Positions 1 to 11,206 of a DNA stretch of 64,000 nucleotides are shown here, piece after piece. The stretch comes from an uncultured Pseudomonadota bacterium (GTDB lineage: Bacteria > Babelota > Babeliae > Babelales > JAUPTZ01). The notes below the pieces were generated by a model. It was not told where the DNA came from. It saw only the letters and a program-made list of their open reading frames with translations, and did no database searches. The translations under genes were made by a program, and so were the position numbers. Position 1 is the stretch's first letter; the number at the start of each line of letters is the position of its first letter. The stretch is from positions 327,776-391,775 of the forward strand of contig CAYSBJ010000001.1 of NCBI GenBank assembly GCA_964429275.1. Direction: 5' to 3'.

Positions 1-315
1 GGTGCTGTTAGCCCCGGCGTCCCAACCACCGATATGAAGTTCTACCACGGCATCTGGGTTATACGGCCCTAATGCGTAGCTGGCGACGAAGTTTGGACTG
101 TAGAGGCCAATATGGAAATCATGCGCTGGATTAGCACTGAAGCGGGCGCTAAACGACATAGAAAAGTCTGTTGGAATAGCAATACTAAAATTAGCGTTGC
201 TATTCTTGCTCCACGGGTAATAGTTACTTGTTACATTGGCCGTGATGGGCGATTGACTGAAAGATTTTCCTGTCACGCAAAGTGCAAGCACGGCGATACG
301 CAAGTATTTATTCAT
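1..315 (-). CDS. Secreted protein, 3'-truncated by the window edge; possible farnesoic-acid-O-methyltransferase-like (Methyltransf_FA) domain
   Basis: Not in the ORF track. Manual translation from ATG at 315 is open to base 1: MNKYLRIAVLALCVTGKSFSQSPITANV...FSARFSANPAHDFHIGLYSP...VVELHIGGWDAGANST. Signal-peptide-like N-terminus; the D-x-H-I-x-L ... E-x-x-I-G-G-W pattern resembles Methyltransf_FA. Confidence 0.6.
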   Translation of the reverse strand, partial: MNKYLRIAVLALCVTGKSFSQSPITANVTSNYYPWSKNSNANFSIAIPTDFSMSFSARFSANPAHDFHIGLYSPNFVASYALGPYNPDAVVELHIGGWDAGANST

Positions 316-328
316 TGGTGTGGTGCTT

Positions 329-1228
329 CTATACTAATAGTTGTTCAATTTGCTCGCTTAATGAGCTATTAGCGCGCTGAAAATAAATATCGGTAGCAAT
401 CAGACAGCTGGTGATGAAAAGAAGAATTCCGAGAAGCATGAATGGTATTTTGAATGAGCTGCTTTTTTTGCTGCGAATTATATAGTACATAGTAGCAGAT
501 AGGCAGAGAAGGAGGTAAAGAGTATTGATAATGAGCCCCTCACTTACCGGTTGTAGAAAGTATATTGATACTCCCAGAAGTAAGAAACCAAATATTTTTT
601 TAACCTCATCCATCCAAGATCCTGCACGCGGGAGGAGTGAGATAGCGCTTGAAAAAGTTCCTAATACAATTAGGAGCATGCTTAAGCCCATGGCGAATGA
701 GAATAGTACGCCAAAGCCGATGAGTGGGTTATTTTGCTTTGCGGCAAAGCCCAAAAGCAGTGCAAGCGCGGGTGTTAGGCATGGTGAAGCAGCTGCGCCG
801 GTGATTATGCCGAACATGAAGCTATATGTAAATGAACCGCCTTTATAGCTCGTACTGCTCTGCGCGCGTAAGAACCGAGGCGTATACATTTCGTAAAAGC
901 CGAACATAGAGAAGGCAAGGTATATAAAGAGGAGGATGATACTACTGATGAAGTATGGATTGCCAAGCCATTGGCCAAACATTAAGTTTGTTTTTACACT
1001 CAAATAACCGAGTGACGCATAGACGGTTGCTATGCCAAGACCATAAGAGAGGGATAGAAAAAAGTTAACGAACATCGATTGAGCGCCCTGTGCTGTTATG
1101 ATGCCCATAGTGATCGGCAGCATTGGATAAATGCAGGGTGTGAAGCTTGCAAGAACGCCAGCGGCAAAAGAAGCAAAAAGCACCAGAGGAAGAGAATGAG
1201 TTTCATTAAGCAACGATTCTAGGATCAT
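329..1228 (-). CDS. CcdA/DsbD-beta transmembrane disulfide electron transporter
   Basis: Polytopic membrane protein with both redox Cys motifs (SFTPCIYPMLP, ASPCLTP) and LPRAGSWM. Start taken at ATG 1228 after AAGGAAG. Confidence 0.85.
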   Translation of the reverse strand: MILESLLNETHSLPLVLFASFAAGVLASFTPCIYPMLPITMGIITAQGAQSMFVNFFLSLSYGLGIATVYASLGYLSVKTNLMFGQWLGNPYFISSIILLFIYLAFSMFGFYEMYTPRFLRAQSSTSYKGGSFTYSFMFGIITGAAASPCLTPALALLLGFAAKQNNPLIGFGVLFSFAMGLSMLLIVLGTFSSAISLLPRAGSWMDEVKKIFGFLLLGVSIYFLQPVSEGLIINTLYLLLCLSATMYYIIRSKKSSSFKIPFMLLGILLFITSCLIATDIYFQRANSSLSEQIEQLLV

Positions 1229-1357
1229 AATACTTCCTTGTGTTTGATGACGAATAAGAGTTTGTGATCGATGAAGGCGAATCGTAGCAAATTGCACAAA
1301 ACTACGCTACGCTTCAGCACTCTTTCTTTAGAAAACTTTTTATAAAGGATTGTTATC

Positions 1358-2914
1358 GTGAATCTCCATAAGACATTGCGCACGCTTACGCTCACATCAG
1401 TTGCGTTATTGAGCATTACCGGTTGTTCGGAAATTTTTGTAAATAAAGTTAATTCACAGCCAGCCTTTGATGTTACTAAAGTCACTTTTGATAAAGATAC
1501 GTATCCAGCGGTTGTTCTTGGTGGTGGTGTCGGAGGCATGACTGCGAGTGTGTATTTGGCTATGGCAAACGTAAAAACGCTTTTGGTTCAGGGAGCGATG
1601 CCTGGTGGTTTGCTGACACAATCGTTATCGGTTCGTAACTGGCCAAGTGAGCTTGAATCTACTGGTCTTGCTATTACTGATAAATTACTGGCTCAAGTTC
1701 GTAAGCAAGGAGTTGATATAAAAGCAGAACAAGCCATTGGCATTGATGTTTCTTCTTGGCCGTATAAAGTAACATTGGCTGATGTTTCTGAGCCGGCACG
1801 AAAGCGTACGGTAAAAGCATTGTCTGTGATTGTAGCAATGGGTGCAGCCTCAAACTATCTTGGGATTCCTGGTGAAAAAGAGTATTGGAGCAAAGGGGTT
1901 ACGAACTGTGCTGTCTGTGAGGGGGCGCTTTATAAAGATAAAATAGTTTGTGTTGTTGGGGGTGGCAACAGTGCTATTGAAGAGGCTCATTATTTGGCCG
2001 GTCTTGCACGTAAGGTGTATGTTTTTGTGCGGCGTGATACTTTGCGTGCCACTGATAATCGTAAAGATGACCTACTTTCTCTACCAAATGTGGAAATCGT
2101 ATATGAACATTCGATGAAGAAAATTGTGGGAGATGACAATAAGGTTACCGAAGTAGTGGTTGTAAATAACCGTACAAAGGTTGAAAAAACATATCCTATG
2201 GATGGGGTTTTCTTGGCGATTGGATTTACTCCAAATGTTGCCATCTTCAAGGATGCGCTGGCCATAACCAAAGAGGGGTATATTGCACTGACTCATGACC
2301 AACAAACCAGTGTGCCAGGAGTCTACGCAGTGGGAGATATTGTTGATCCCCGCTATAAACAAGCAGTGACTGCCGCTGGGGATGGGTGTCGTAGTGCGCT
2401 CCAAGCATATGATTTCTTGGCACAAGCAGGGTACAAACCGGGGTACGTGGTGGTTGATGAATCGAATACCAAGAGGAGTATTGAGAGCAAGAAAGTGATT
2501 CCGTCCGTTGCAGGCGAGGATGGAGAGGTGAGTTCTCTTGTCGAAGAAAATGCTAAAAAAAATGTTGTAGAGCCTTCTTACGCTCCTGGTGTTGTTCATG
2601 AAATGCGATCAGCCCAGGAGGTTACAACTCTCCTTGCAGGCTCATCAAAGCCAGTGATTATTGATTTTTATGCTACCTGGTGTGGGCCCTGTCGTACGAT
2701 AGCCCCCCTATATAAAAAGCTTGCTGAGCGCTATAAAGATGCGGCGATTTTTGTCAAGGTAAATATCGATCACCTCGGTGGAATTGCTACAAACTACCGC
2801 ATTCAGGGGGTGCCGACCTTTGTATTTACCAAAGGTGGCGCAGAAAAAGACCGGATTGTTGGTGGTGGTGCGACCGAAAAGCAGTTTGCGGAGAAAGTTG
2901 ACGCATTAATTTAA
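1358..2914 (+). CDS. trxB: Thioredoxin reductase-thioredoxin fusion with predicted lipoprotein signal
   Basis: FAD motif VVLGGGVGG, redox CAVC, NADPH motif VVGGGNSA...VRRD, TSVPGVYAVGD; C-terminal Trx DFYATWCGPC; N-terminal lipobox ITG-C; AAGGA before the GTG start. Confidence 0.9.
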   Translation: MNLHKTLRTLTLTSVALLSITGCSEIFVNKVNSQPAFDVTKVTFDKDTYPAVVLGGGVGGMTASVYLAMANVKTLLVQGAMPGGLLTQSLSVRNWPSELESTGLAITDKLLAQVRKQGVDIKAEQAIGIDVSSWPYKVTLADVSEPARKRTVKALSVIVAMGAASNYLGIPGEKEYWSKGVTNCAVCEGALYKDKIVCVVGGGNSAIEEAHYLAGLARKVYVFVRRDTLRATDNRKDDLLSLPNVEIVYEHSMKKIVGDDNKVTEVVVVNNRTKVEKTYPMDGVFLAIGFTPNVAIFKDALAITKEGYIALTHDQQTSVPGVYAVGDIVDPRYKQAVTAAGDGCRSALQAYDFLAQAGYKPGYVVVDESNTKRSIESKKVIPSVAGEDGEVSSLVEENAKKNVVEPSYAPGVVHEMRSAQEVTTLLAGSSKPVIIDFYATWCGPCRTIAPLYKKLAERYKDAAIFVKVNIDHLGGIATNYRIQGVPTFVFTKGGAEKDRIVGGGATEKQFAEKVDALI

Positions 2915-3008
2915 TTTTTTTGCCCTATTGAGATGTTTTTTTCACAGAGTGTGTATTATGCTTTATACTACTTGTGTGTAAAGAACCCTCAATTCTTGAA
3001 AGTTTAAT

Positions 3009-4487
3009 GTGAAAACAATGATAAAAGGGGTGCTCTTAGGAGCACTCCTCCTTTTTTTTAATACGTCTATAATCCCGCAGAGTCGGCTAACCCGTGCTAC
3101 GCTGCGTACGGCTTTAGTCGCCAGCCTCGTGGCAGCCGGCTTTTGCGGAAAAAGAGTATATGATCTTTATAAGAGGCGCCGAGGGCTTCAAATTTCTGGG
3201 CTCCGGAGCTTTCGTTCAGGCCCACTATTTTTAGATGATTCTGCACTGAAGCTTCTGGGCGGGATGGGAGTCAGTCTTTTGGCGGCCGCGCTCAGCGCTC
3301 GGGGTTTAGCTACAGCCGATGGTCAGCAGGAGAAGCCTGTGGCGGTTGATAATACAAGTACCAGTAATTTGGGACCAGGACTCTCTGCGTTGAATGAACC
3401 TGTAGTGGAAACTACCGTGATGTCGCCAAAATCAGAAAAATTGCTTTCCGTTTCACGCGGGCCTTCGATAGGGATTGAGGAGATTGTTTCGCACATCAGT
3501 GAAATAGGGGTTTCAACGTCTGCTGAAGTGAAAGAGTCTTCTCATAGAATGAATGAGCTGAGCCTGCAGAGTGGTGCGGAAGTTGCTATTGCTCCCCATG
3601 AGAGGCGGCCATGGTCTCAGTTAGATCTGTCTGTTTTTAGCGAGCTCGGGGTAGAAGCTATCATAGTAAAACCAAAATCAGCGCCGGTGCTTTCCATTTC
3701 GCAAGCTTCGGTAGGGGTTGCCAGCGTGATTCGATATGCGACTGATACGGCAGTACAAACAGACGTCGAGAGAAAAGAAGCTGTGGCGGCAACACCGAAA
3801 CCGGCAGTGGTTCAGAGTGTTGCTAGACTTTCTAAGTTTGGTGATGAGTGGATAAAATGTAGAGATCAAGCACTTCAGCTTATGCCTCCTCATAAGGAAT
3901 GTCTATTAGAGGCGCGTGCGGAGCTTTTGGGTTTTGCCACAAATGATCATAGAGCCATAAAGGTTTTAGAATGGCTTAATGAGAAGATGGATTTTGTTTT
4001 GAAGTTCCCCGTTCGCAAGATCGATGATTGTCAGTTGTGGGGAAATCTTATGAAAGAAGTTTGGTATAGTGATAGCTTCTCTGCATTGCGTGCAAATTGG
4101 CACTCTTCTGCTGAGGAGCAGTTTAATAATCGTATTACACGTCTGGATGATCTACAATCTGCGCACAGTGAAGAAGCTTGGCTAAAATTAAACGCTGTTG
4201 CGATTCGACTGAAAGATGGTGTACGTTTTGGGGACATTAAATCTGAGCTTCTGGAGTACTGGGATATATATTTTGAGAGCGAGTCTGAAATACGGCCGAA
4301 TTCTAATTCAGATGTGAAAGCTGTGCGTAAACATTCTGGCCAAGAAATGCTCTATGCAGCTTTCAAAGGGGTGAATGAGATACTCAATGACATGATTATG
4401 GGCCACAATGATTTTACAGATGCTGAGTTTATTCGTGACATTCTACAGGTTTCGGCAAAGTATTCCTTGTGCTCAGAGGCAACTTAG
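3009..4487 (+). CDS. Hypothetical exported protein (signal peptide, two hydrophobic segments, Ser/Val-rich low-complexity middle, helical C-terminus)
   Basis: 492-aa ORF with hydrophobic N-terminus, followed by a terminator. Confidence 0.7.
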   Translation: MKTMIKGVLLGALLLFFNTSIIPQSRLTRATLRTALVASLVAAGFCGKRVYDLYKRRRGLQISGLRSFRSGPLFLDDSALKLLGGMGVSLLAAALSARGLATADGQQEKPVAVDNTSTSNLGPGLSALNEPVVETTVMSPKSEKLLSVSRGPSIGIEEIVSHISEIGVSTSAEVKESSHRMNELSLQSGAEVAIAPHERRPWSQLDLSVFSELGVEAIIVKPKSAPVLSISQASVGVASVIRYATDTAVQTDVERKEAVAATPKPAVVQSVARLSKFGDEWIKCRDQALQLMPPHKECLLEARAELLGFATNDHRAIKVLEWLNEKMDFVLKFPVRKIDDCQLWGNLMKEVWYSDSFSALRANWHSSAEEQFNNRITRLDDLQSAHSEEAWLKLNAVAIRLKDGVRFGDIKSELLEYWDIYFESESEIRPNSNSDVKAVRKHSGQEMLYAAFKGVNEILNDMIMGHNDFTDAEFIRDILQVSAKYSLCSEAT

Positions 4488-4510
4488 AATGATAGAGTTA
4501 CTACTATTAT

Positions 4511-4542
4511 AAAAGGGGCGGGTAATTTACCCGCCCCTTTTT
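4511..4542. terminator. Bidirectional intrinsic terminator
   Basis: AAAAGGGGCGGGTAA-T-TTACCCGCCCCTTTTT between convergent genes. Confidence 0.85.
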
Positions 4543-4550
4543 GTTGCGTC

Positions 4551-7109
4551 CTATCGCTTGCCGCAGCAAGTCTTATACTTCTTATTTGATCCACATGTGC
4601 ACACATCATTGCGGCCTATTTTTGCTATTTCTCGTTTAACTGGAGCGGCTTTCATCGTAACCGCCTCGCCAGTTTCAGATGGGCCAGACTCTTTAGCATT
4701 TTCTAATTCTTTGAGCCGTTCCTTTTCAATAGCATCAATTTGTTCGCTGGAGAAAAGGTTTGCATTGATGTGGAATATGCGGGTAACAACATCGGTTTTA
4801 ACCGCGTTCATCATGCTTACAAAAGTATCAAACGCTTCTTTTTTGTACTCAATTAGGGGGTTTTTTTGGCCATAGCCGCGGAGCCCAATGCCTTCTTTGA
4901 GTGAGTCAAGGACTTGCAGGTGGATCTTCCAATACTGGTCAATCAATTCCAAAAGCAACCACTTTTCTGCTTCATTAATAATTTCCGGGTTAATACGAAC
5001 GCGCAGCTTTCGGTATTCATCTTTTAAGAATGTGGCCAACGCGTCTATTGCCTGCACATGACGAACTGGCGAAGTAAATGCTCCTGCAATTGCAGTTTCA
5101 TCTATGCCTGTTATCGTGCTGAGTGTATTAAAGAACGTGGCCCGTTCTTGCGGTGTGCCATTGTTGCGCGGAAGATGCGTGGCGGCTAAAGACTCAACGA
5201 GGTCATGAATGATTTCTTCAACGATGATGGTGGTGTGCTCTCCACCTTCTAAAATTTGGCGGCGATAGTCGTATACAACTTTTCGTTGTTGGTTGAGTAC
5301 GTCATCGTATTCAATCAAATTTTTACGGGATTCAAAATGGTGCTTTTCCACTTTTTCCTGTGCGCCTTCAATGCTGCGAGAGACCATGTCGTGTTCGATA
5401 CGTTCACCTTCAACCATGCCGACACGAATCATAATGTTTTTCAAGCGATCGCCTGCAAAGATGCGGATAAGGTTGTCCTCAAGGGAAAGATAAAACTTTG
5501 ATGATCCTGGGTCTCCTTGGCGCCCTGCACGGCCTCGGAGTTGGTTGTCGATACGACGGCTTTCGTGCCGTTCGGTACCAATAATGCGTAGTCCGCCAAT
5601 TTCTTTTACTCCTTGGCCTAACTTAATGTCGGTACCGCGGCCAGCCATGTTGGTAGCAATAGTAACTTTGCCATACTCACCGGCTCCGGCGACAATGTCC
5701 GCTTCGCGAGCGTGGTGTTTTGCGTTGAGGATCTCGTGTTGAATGCCGCGCATAGAGAGCAGGTGCCCCAGGTATTCTGATGTTTCTACAGAAACGGTAC
5801 CCACCAGGATAGGCATGCCTTTCTTGTGTGTTTCAATGATGTCTTCAATAATCGCTTCAAACTTGTCTTTTTGAGTCAAAAATATTGCATCTGGCTCATC
5901 GACACGAGCAAGTGGTTTATTGGTTGGGATTGCTACCACGTCTAGTTTGTAGATACGGTGGAACTCTTCTGCTTCGGTTAATGCAGTACCGGTCATGCCG
6001 GCAAGTTTTTTGTAGAGGCGGAAATAGTTTTGGAGGGTGATCGAGGCAAGCGTTTGGTTTTCGCGTTCGATCTTAACTCCTTCCTTTGCTTCCAGAGCTT
6101 GATGGAGGCCATCTGAGTAGCGGCGACCTGGGAGCATGCGGCCAGTAAATTCATCGACAATCAATACTTCTCCCTCGCGAACGACATAGTCTACGTCTTT
6201 TGCAAACAGTGTGTGCGCACGAAGCGCCTGGTTAACGTGATGAAGAACTAAGGTGTTTTCTGGGGCGAACAGATTGTCGACGTGCAAGCGTTGTTCAACT
6301 TTGTCGGTGCCGGTTTCACTGAGATGTACCGAGCGTGATTTTTCATCCAGTTCGTAATCTTCATCTTTCTTGAGGTTGAGCACTGCTTTGTTTGCTTGCT
6401 CATATAATAAGCTGCTTTTTTCGGCAGGACCAGAGATGATGAGCGGGGTACGAGCTTCGTCGATTAAAATAGAGTCAACTTCGTCCACAATAGCAAAATT
6501 GTGTTCGCGTTGGACGTAGTTGCTGAGGTCGAATTTCATGTTGTCGCGAAGGTAGTCAAAGCCACACTCGCTGTTTGTGCCATATGTGATATCGGCAGCA
6601 TAGGCCGCCTGTCGTTCTTCATCGCTCATATTATTTTGCAAGATGCCAACAGAAACACCGAGGGCGTCATAAATTGGCTTCATCCATTCGGCGTCGCGGC
6701 GAACCAAATAATCGTTGATAGTAACTAAGTGTGCCCCTTTGCCGGATAGGCTGTTGAGGTAGAGGGCGAGTGTGGCGACCAAGGTTTTACCTTCGCCGGT
6801 CTTCATTTCGGCAATTTTACCTTCATGCAGAGCCATGCCACCAATAAGTTGTACATCGTAATGACGCATGTTCAGGCTGCGACGGCTGGCTTCGCGGACG
6901 GCAGCAAATGCTTCTGGAAGAATGTCTTCAAGGGTACGGCCGTTGCTTACTTTTTCTTTAAGAGTGGTTGTAACTTCGGCCAGCTCGCTATCAGAGAGCG
7001 CGATCATTTTCGGTTCGAGTTCGTTAATCAAAGCAACTTTTCGGCGGAGTCTAGCCACTTCGCGGCTGTTTTTGGTACCGAAAATTTTCGCAAGCAGTTG
7101 TGTTATCAT
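4551..7109 (-). CDS. secA: Preprotein translocase ATPase SecA
   Basis: MKTGEGKT, DEVDSILIDEARTPLIISG, ATNMAGRGTDI, ESRRIDNQLRGRAGRQGDPG, SEC-C motif GRNDVCTCGSNKKYKTCC. Start taken at MITQLL. Confidence 0.98.
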   Translation of the reverse strand: MITQLLAKIFGTKNSREVARLRRKVALINELEPKMIALSDSELAEVTTTLKEKVSNGRTLEDILPEAFAAVREASRRSLNMRHYDVQLIGGMALHEGKIAEMKTGEGKTLVATLALYLNSLSGKGAHLVTINDYLVRRDAEWMKPIYDALGVSVGILQNNMSDEERQAAYAADITYGTNSECGFDYLRDNMKFDLSNYVQREHNFAIVDEVDSILIDEARTPLIISGPAEKSSLLYEQANKAVLNLKKDEDYELDEKSRSVHLSETGTDKVEQRLHVDNLFAPENTLVLHHVNQALRAHTLFAKDVDYVVREGEVLIVDEFTGRMLPGRRYSDGLHQALEAKEGVKIERENQTLASITLQNYFRLYKKLAGMTGTALTEAEEFHRIYKLDVVAIPTNKPLARVDEPDAIFLTQKDKFEAIIEDIIETHKKGMPILVGTVSVETSEYLGHLLSMRGIQHEILNAKHHAREADIVAGAGEYGKVTIATNMAGRGTDIKLGQGVKEIGGLRIIGTERHESRRIDNQLRGRAGRQGDPGSSKFYLSLEDNLIRIFAGDRLKNIMIRVGMVEGERIEHDMVSRSIEGAQEKVEKHHFESRKNLIEYDDVLNQQRKVVYDYRRQILEGGEHTTIIVEEIIHDLVESLAATHLPRNNGTPQERATFFNTLSTITGIDETAIAGAFTSPVRHVQAIDALATFLKDEYRKLRVRINPEIINEAEKWLLLELIDQYWKIHLQVLDSLKEGIGLRGYGQKNPLIEYKKEAFDTFVSMMNAVKTDVVTRIFHINANLFSSEQIDAIEKERLKELENAKESGPSETGEAVTMKAAPVKREIAKIGRNDVCTCGSNKKYKTCCGKR

Positions 7110-7218
7110 AACGCGACTTTCATTATAAAAAATGAGGATGTTTTTGTTAAAGCGTGCTAGTCTAGCACACTTGTGCATTAGAACAATATTGTTGATACGA
7201 ATACTGCTCTTAGAATAA

Positions 7219-8805
<1,587 letters not shown>

Positions 8806-8814
8806 GGAGCCGAT

Positions 8815-9060
8815 ATGGCATTAACACTGGTTATTTTGCGACCGTTCTCAGAAGAAAAAAAAGATATTGGCTGGATATCACTTGAGTGTCCCGGTGGTAG
8901 CTTTGTGGTTGGTCCCGACCATCGTCCGTTGGTTAACATTCTTGCTCCCGAGAGCACACTTACCTATACCGTCAAGGGACATGAGGAGACGCTTGAAGTC
9001 TCAGAGCATGGCGGGTTGGTGCATGTGCTTGATAATCAGGTGATTTTGTTTCTCAATTAG
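8815..9060 (+). CDS. atpC: ATP synthase epsilon, N-terminal beta-sandwich only
   Basis: Directly after atpD; PGGSFVVGPDHRPLV matches the epsilon G-x-x-G-I-L-P-x-H-x-P motif; 81 aa with no C-terminal helices. Confidence 0.8.
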   Translation: MALTLVILRPFSEEKKDIGWISLECPGGSFVVGPDHRPLVNILAPESTLTYTVKGHEETLEVSEHGGLVHVLDNQVILFLN

Positions 9061-9069
9061 GGGGCCTAG

Positions 9070-10500
9070 ATGTCTTTTTTTGTTGGTCGTGCTGAAGAGT
9101 TAGATAAGCTTAATTCTCTTACCGGGCAAGGGACTGCCCGTTTAGCAGTCGTCATGGGTCGACGTCGTATAGGTAAAAGCAGGCTTGTTTTTGAATTTGC
9201 GCGCGGCAAACGCTTGCTCCATTTTTCGGGGTTAACTCCGGAAGAAGATACAACAATGGCACATCAGCTGCGACACTTTGCAGTGCAATTTCGGAATCAA
9301 TTGGGGGGCGAGTTACAATTTTTTCCTGAATGGGACGATGCTTTTCTTGCCCTTGCAAATGCAATCGACGATAGAGAGACGGTTGTTTTTTTTGACGAAA
9401 TTTCTTGGATGTTTGCCGGCTCGTCATTGCCGCTAGCTTACTTTAAGACGTGGTGGGATTTGAAATTTTCTCAAAATCCGCGGCTGGTCTTCATCTTATG
9501 TGGATCGGTATCAACGTGGATTGAGAAAAATGTCCTTAATAGTACTGGTTTTGTGGGGCGCATATCTAAAATTATAGTAGTTAGACCGTTATCGTTGGCT
9601 GAGAGCGCTGAGCTTTTGAAGTCGCGGGGATTTATTCTATCTCCTGCTGAACTATATACGCTTCTTTCTATTGCTGGGTGCATCCCTTGGTATTTGGAGC
9701 AGGTCGATATAGGCAGGGGAGTACGGCAATGGATAAAGGAGTCCTGCTTTCAGCCAGAAGGTTTTTTACTCAGAGAGTTTCAAGTTATTTTTCATGACCT
9801 ATTTAATGGTGAGCTTTCGAGGCATCGGCGAGTTGTTGAGTTACTCGCAAAAAAAATGGCAACAGCGGCTGAAGTTGCGGCTGAGCTAGCAATTTCTGAA
9901 AAGGAAGCTGAAGTATGCCTTCAGAACCTCGTTACTGCGGGGTTTGTGTCAGGTTGCTACCAATGGGATTGTGCGAAGAGAGAGAAGCGAGACCGCTCGC
10001 TGTATCGTGTAAGCGATCCTTACTTACGAACGTATCTAAATATCATTGCGCCACACAAAGAGGAGATACTGAATAGGGAGTTTGTGCATATTGATTTTGA
10101 TCAGATTCCAGGGATAGATACACACATAGGGCTTCAGGTGGAACATTTATTGCTTTCTGTGCCTGAAGTGCTTATTCAAGCAGTTGGCCTTCCTTTGAGC
10201 GAGTGGGCCTATGCAGGATCTTATCGCCAAATAAAAACTGCGGATCGGGCAGGATGCCAGATTGATTTTTTGGTGCATAGCAAAGCTGATGTGGTCTATG
10301 TATGTGAATTCAAATTTAAGCGTGGACCAATTACTACCGCAATCATCCCAGAAATGCGACGCAAGATAGATAGCCTTTCATTGCCTTCAACGGTTATCAC
10401 AGCACCGATTCTTTTTTGCTTAGGTGAGGCTACTCCGGCATTAGAGGAGTCCCGATTTTTTCATAAGATTATCGACATTTGCCAGTTCTTGAAGCTTTAG
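9070..10500 (+). CDS. Archaeal-type ATPase (ATPase_2-like) with wHTH and C-terminal PD-(D/E)XK-like domain
   Basis: FVGRAEEL, Walker A GRRRIGKS, Walker B VFFDE, ILCGS, C-terminal QIDFLV...VCEFK. Confidence 0.85.
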   Translation: MSFFVGRAEELDKLNSLTGQGTARLAVVMGRRRIGKSRLVFEFARGKRLLHFSGLTPEEDTTMAHQLRHFAVQFRNQLGGELQFFPEWDDAFLALANAIDDRETVVFFDEISWMFAGSSLPLAYFKTWWDLKFSQNPRLVFILCGSVSTWIEKNVLNSTGFVGRISKIIVVRPLSLAESAELLKSRGFILSPAELYTLLSIAGCIPWYLEQVDIGRGVRQWIKESCFQPEGFLLREFQVIFHDLFNGELSRHRRVVELLAKKMATAAEVAAELAISEKEAEVCLQNLVTAGFVSGCYQWDCAKREKRDRSLYRVSDPYLRTYLNIIAPHKEEILNREFVHIDFDQIPGIDTHIGLQVEHLLLSVPEVLIQAVGLPLSEWAYAGSYRQIKTADRAGCQIDFLVHSKADVVYVCEFKFKRGPITTAIIPEMRRKIDSLSLPSTVITAPILFCLGEATPALEESRFFHKIIDICQFLKL

Positions 10501-11206
10501 CCGCCATATAGCGTGCGCGGACATTGGGCTCAAATTTTTCCAGCGCATACCGCAACATGGTGCGCGGCATGACGGCTGCGTGAGCATCTAAGAATGCCAA
10601 CAACCCAGCCTCGTTCCATTTGCCTGCTTCCCGCAGCATCCATCCCACTGCTTTGTGTATCAGGTCATGGCGATCATTGATCAGCAGTCCTGCGATGGTA
10701 AAGGTGAGCTTTGTATCTTTAAGCCGGATGCAGTGCCAGGTGGCTACCATGGCAATGCGGCGGTCCCAAAGGCTTTCTGATTTCACCAGGGCAAAGAGCA
10801 CCGCGGTTCCGTGAACAGCGATATGCGGCCCCATAATGAGATGGGCTGATGCGTCGACCAAATTCCAATTATTTACCTGCGAAAGATTACGGATATACCA
10901 CTGGTATATCTCTTCGCGCCCGGCCGCCTTTGCTTTTTTGTAGTGGGCAGTGGCAATGAATAAGGCTAAAAGGCGTTCTTCATTGAAGGGGGATTGTATA
11001 AGTTGTTCAAGCTCGGCCAGTGATAAGTCGCGAAACTCTTTTGCCAGCTCATGGAGGACTGGGTTTTTGATGCCGAGGAATTGGTCATGTTCGGCGTAGC
11101 TACCTGGGTCTGTTTTAAAATAGGCCGCGTGTTGTGCGTTCGGTACGGTGATAGCGGCGAGGCGGGCTTGGAGTTCTTTGAGGCGGCTACTCACAACTGT
11201 TCCCAT
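10469..11206 (-). CDS. DNA alkylation repair protein (AlkD family)
   Basis: VNNWNLVD, LWDRRIAMV, HDLIHKAVGWMLREAGK, MPRTMLRYALEK. Confidence 0.88.
   Translation of the reverse strand: MGTVVSSRLKELQARLAAITVPNAQHAAYFKTDPGSYAEHDQFLGIKNPVLHELAKEFRDLSLAELEQLIQSPFNEERLLALFIATAHYKKAKAAGREEIYQWYIRNLSQVNNWNLVDASAHLIMGPHIAVHGTAVLFALVKSESLWDRRIAMVATWHCIRLKDTKLTFTIAGLLINDRHDLIHKAVGWMLREAGKWNEAGLLAFLDAHAAVMPRTMLRYALEKFEPNVRARYMAAKASRTGKCR

Noticed and set aside
112..372. 86-aa plus-strand ORF
   Set aside because: Overlaps the better-supported minus-strand ORF 1-315 and the end of the ccdA-like gene.
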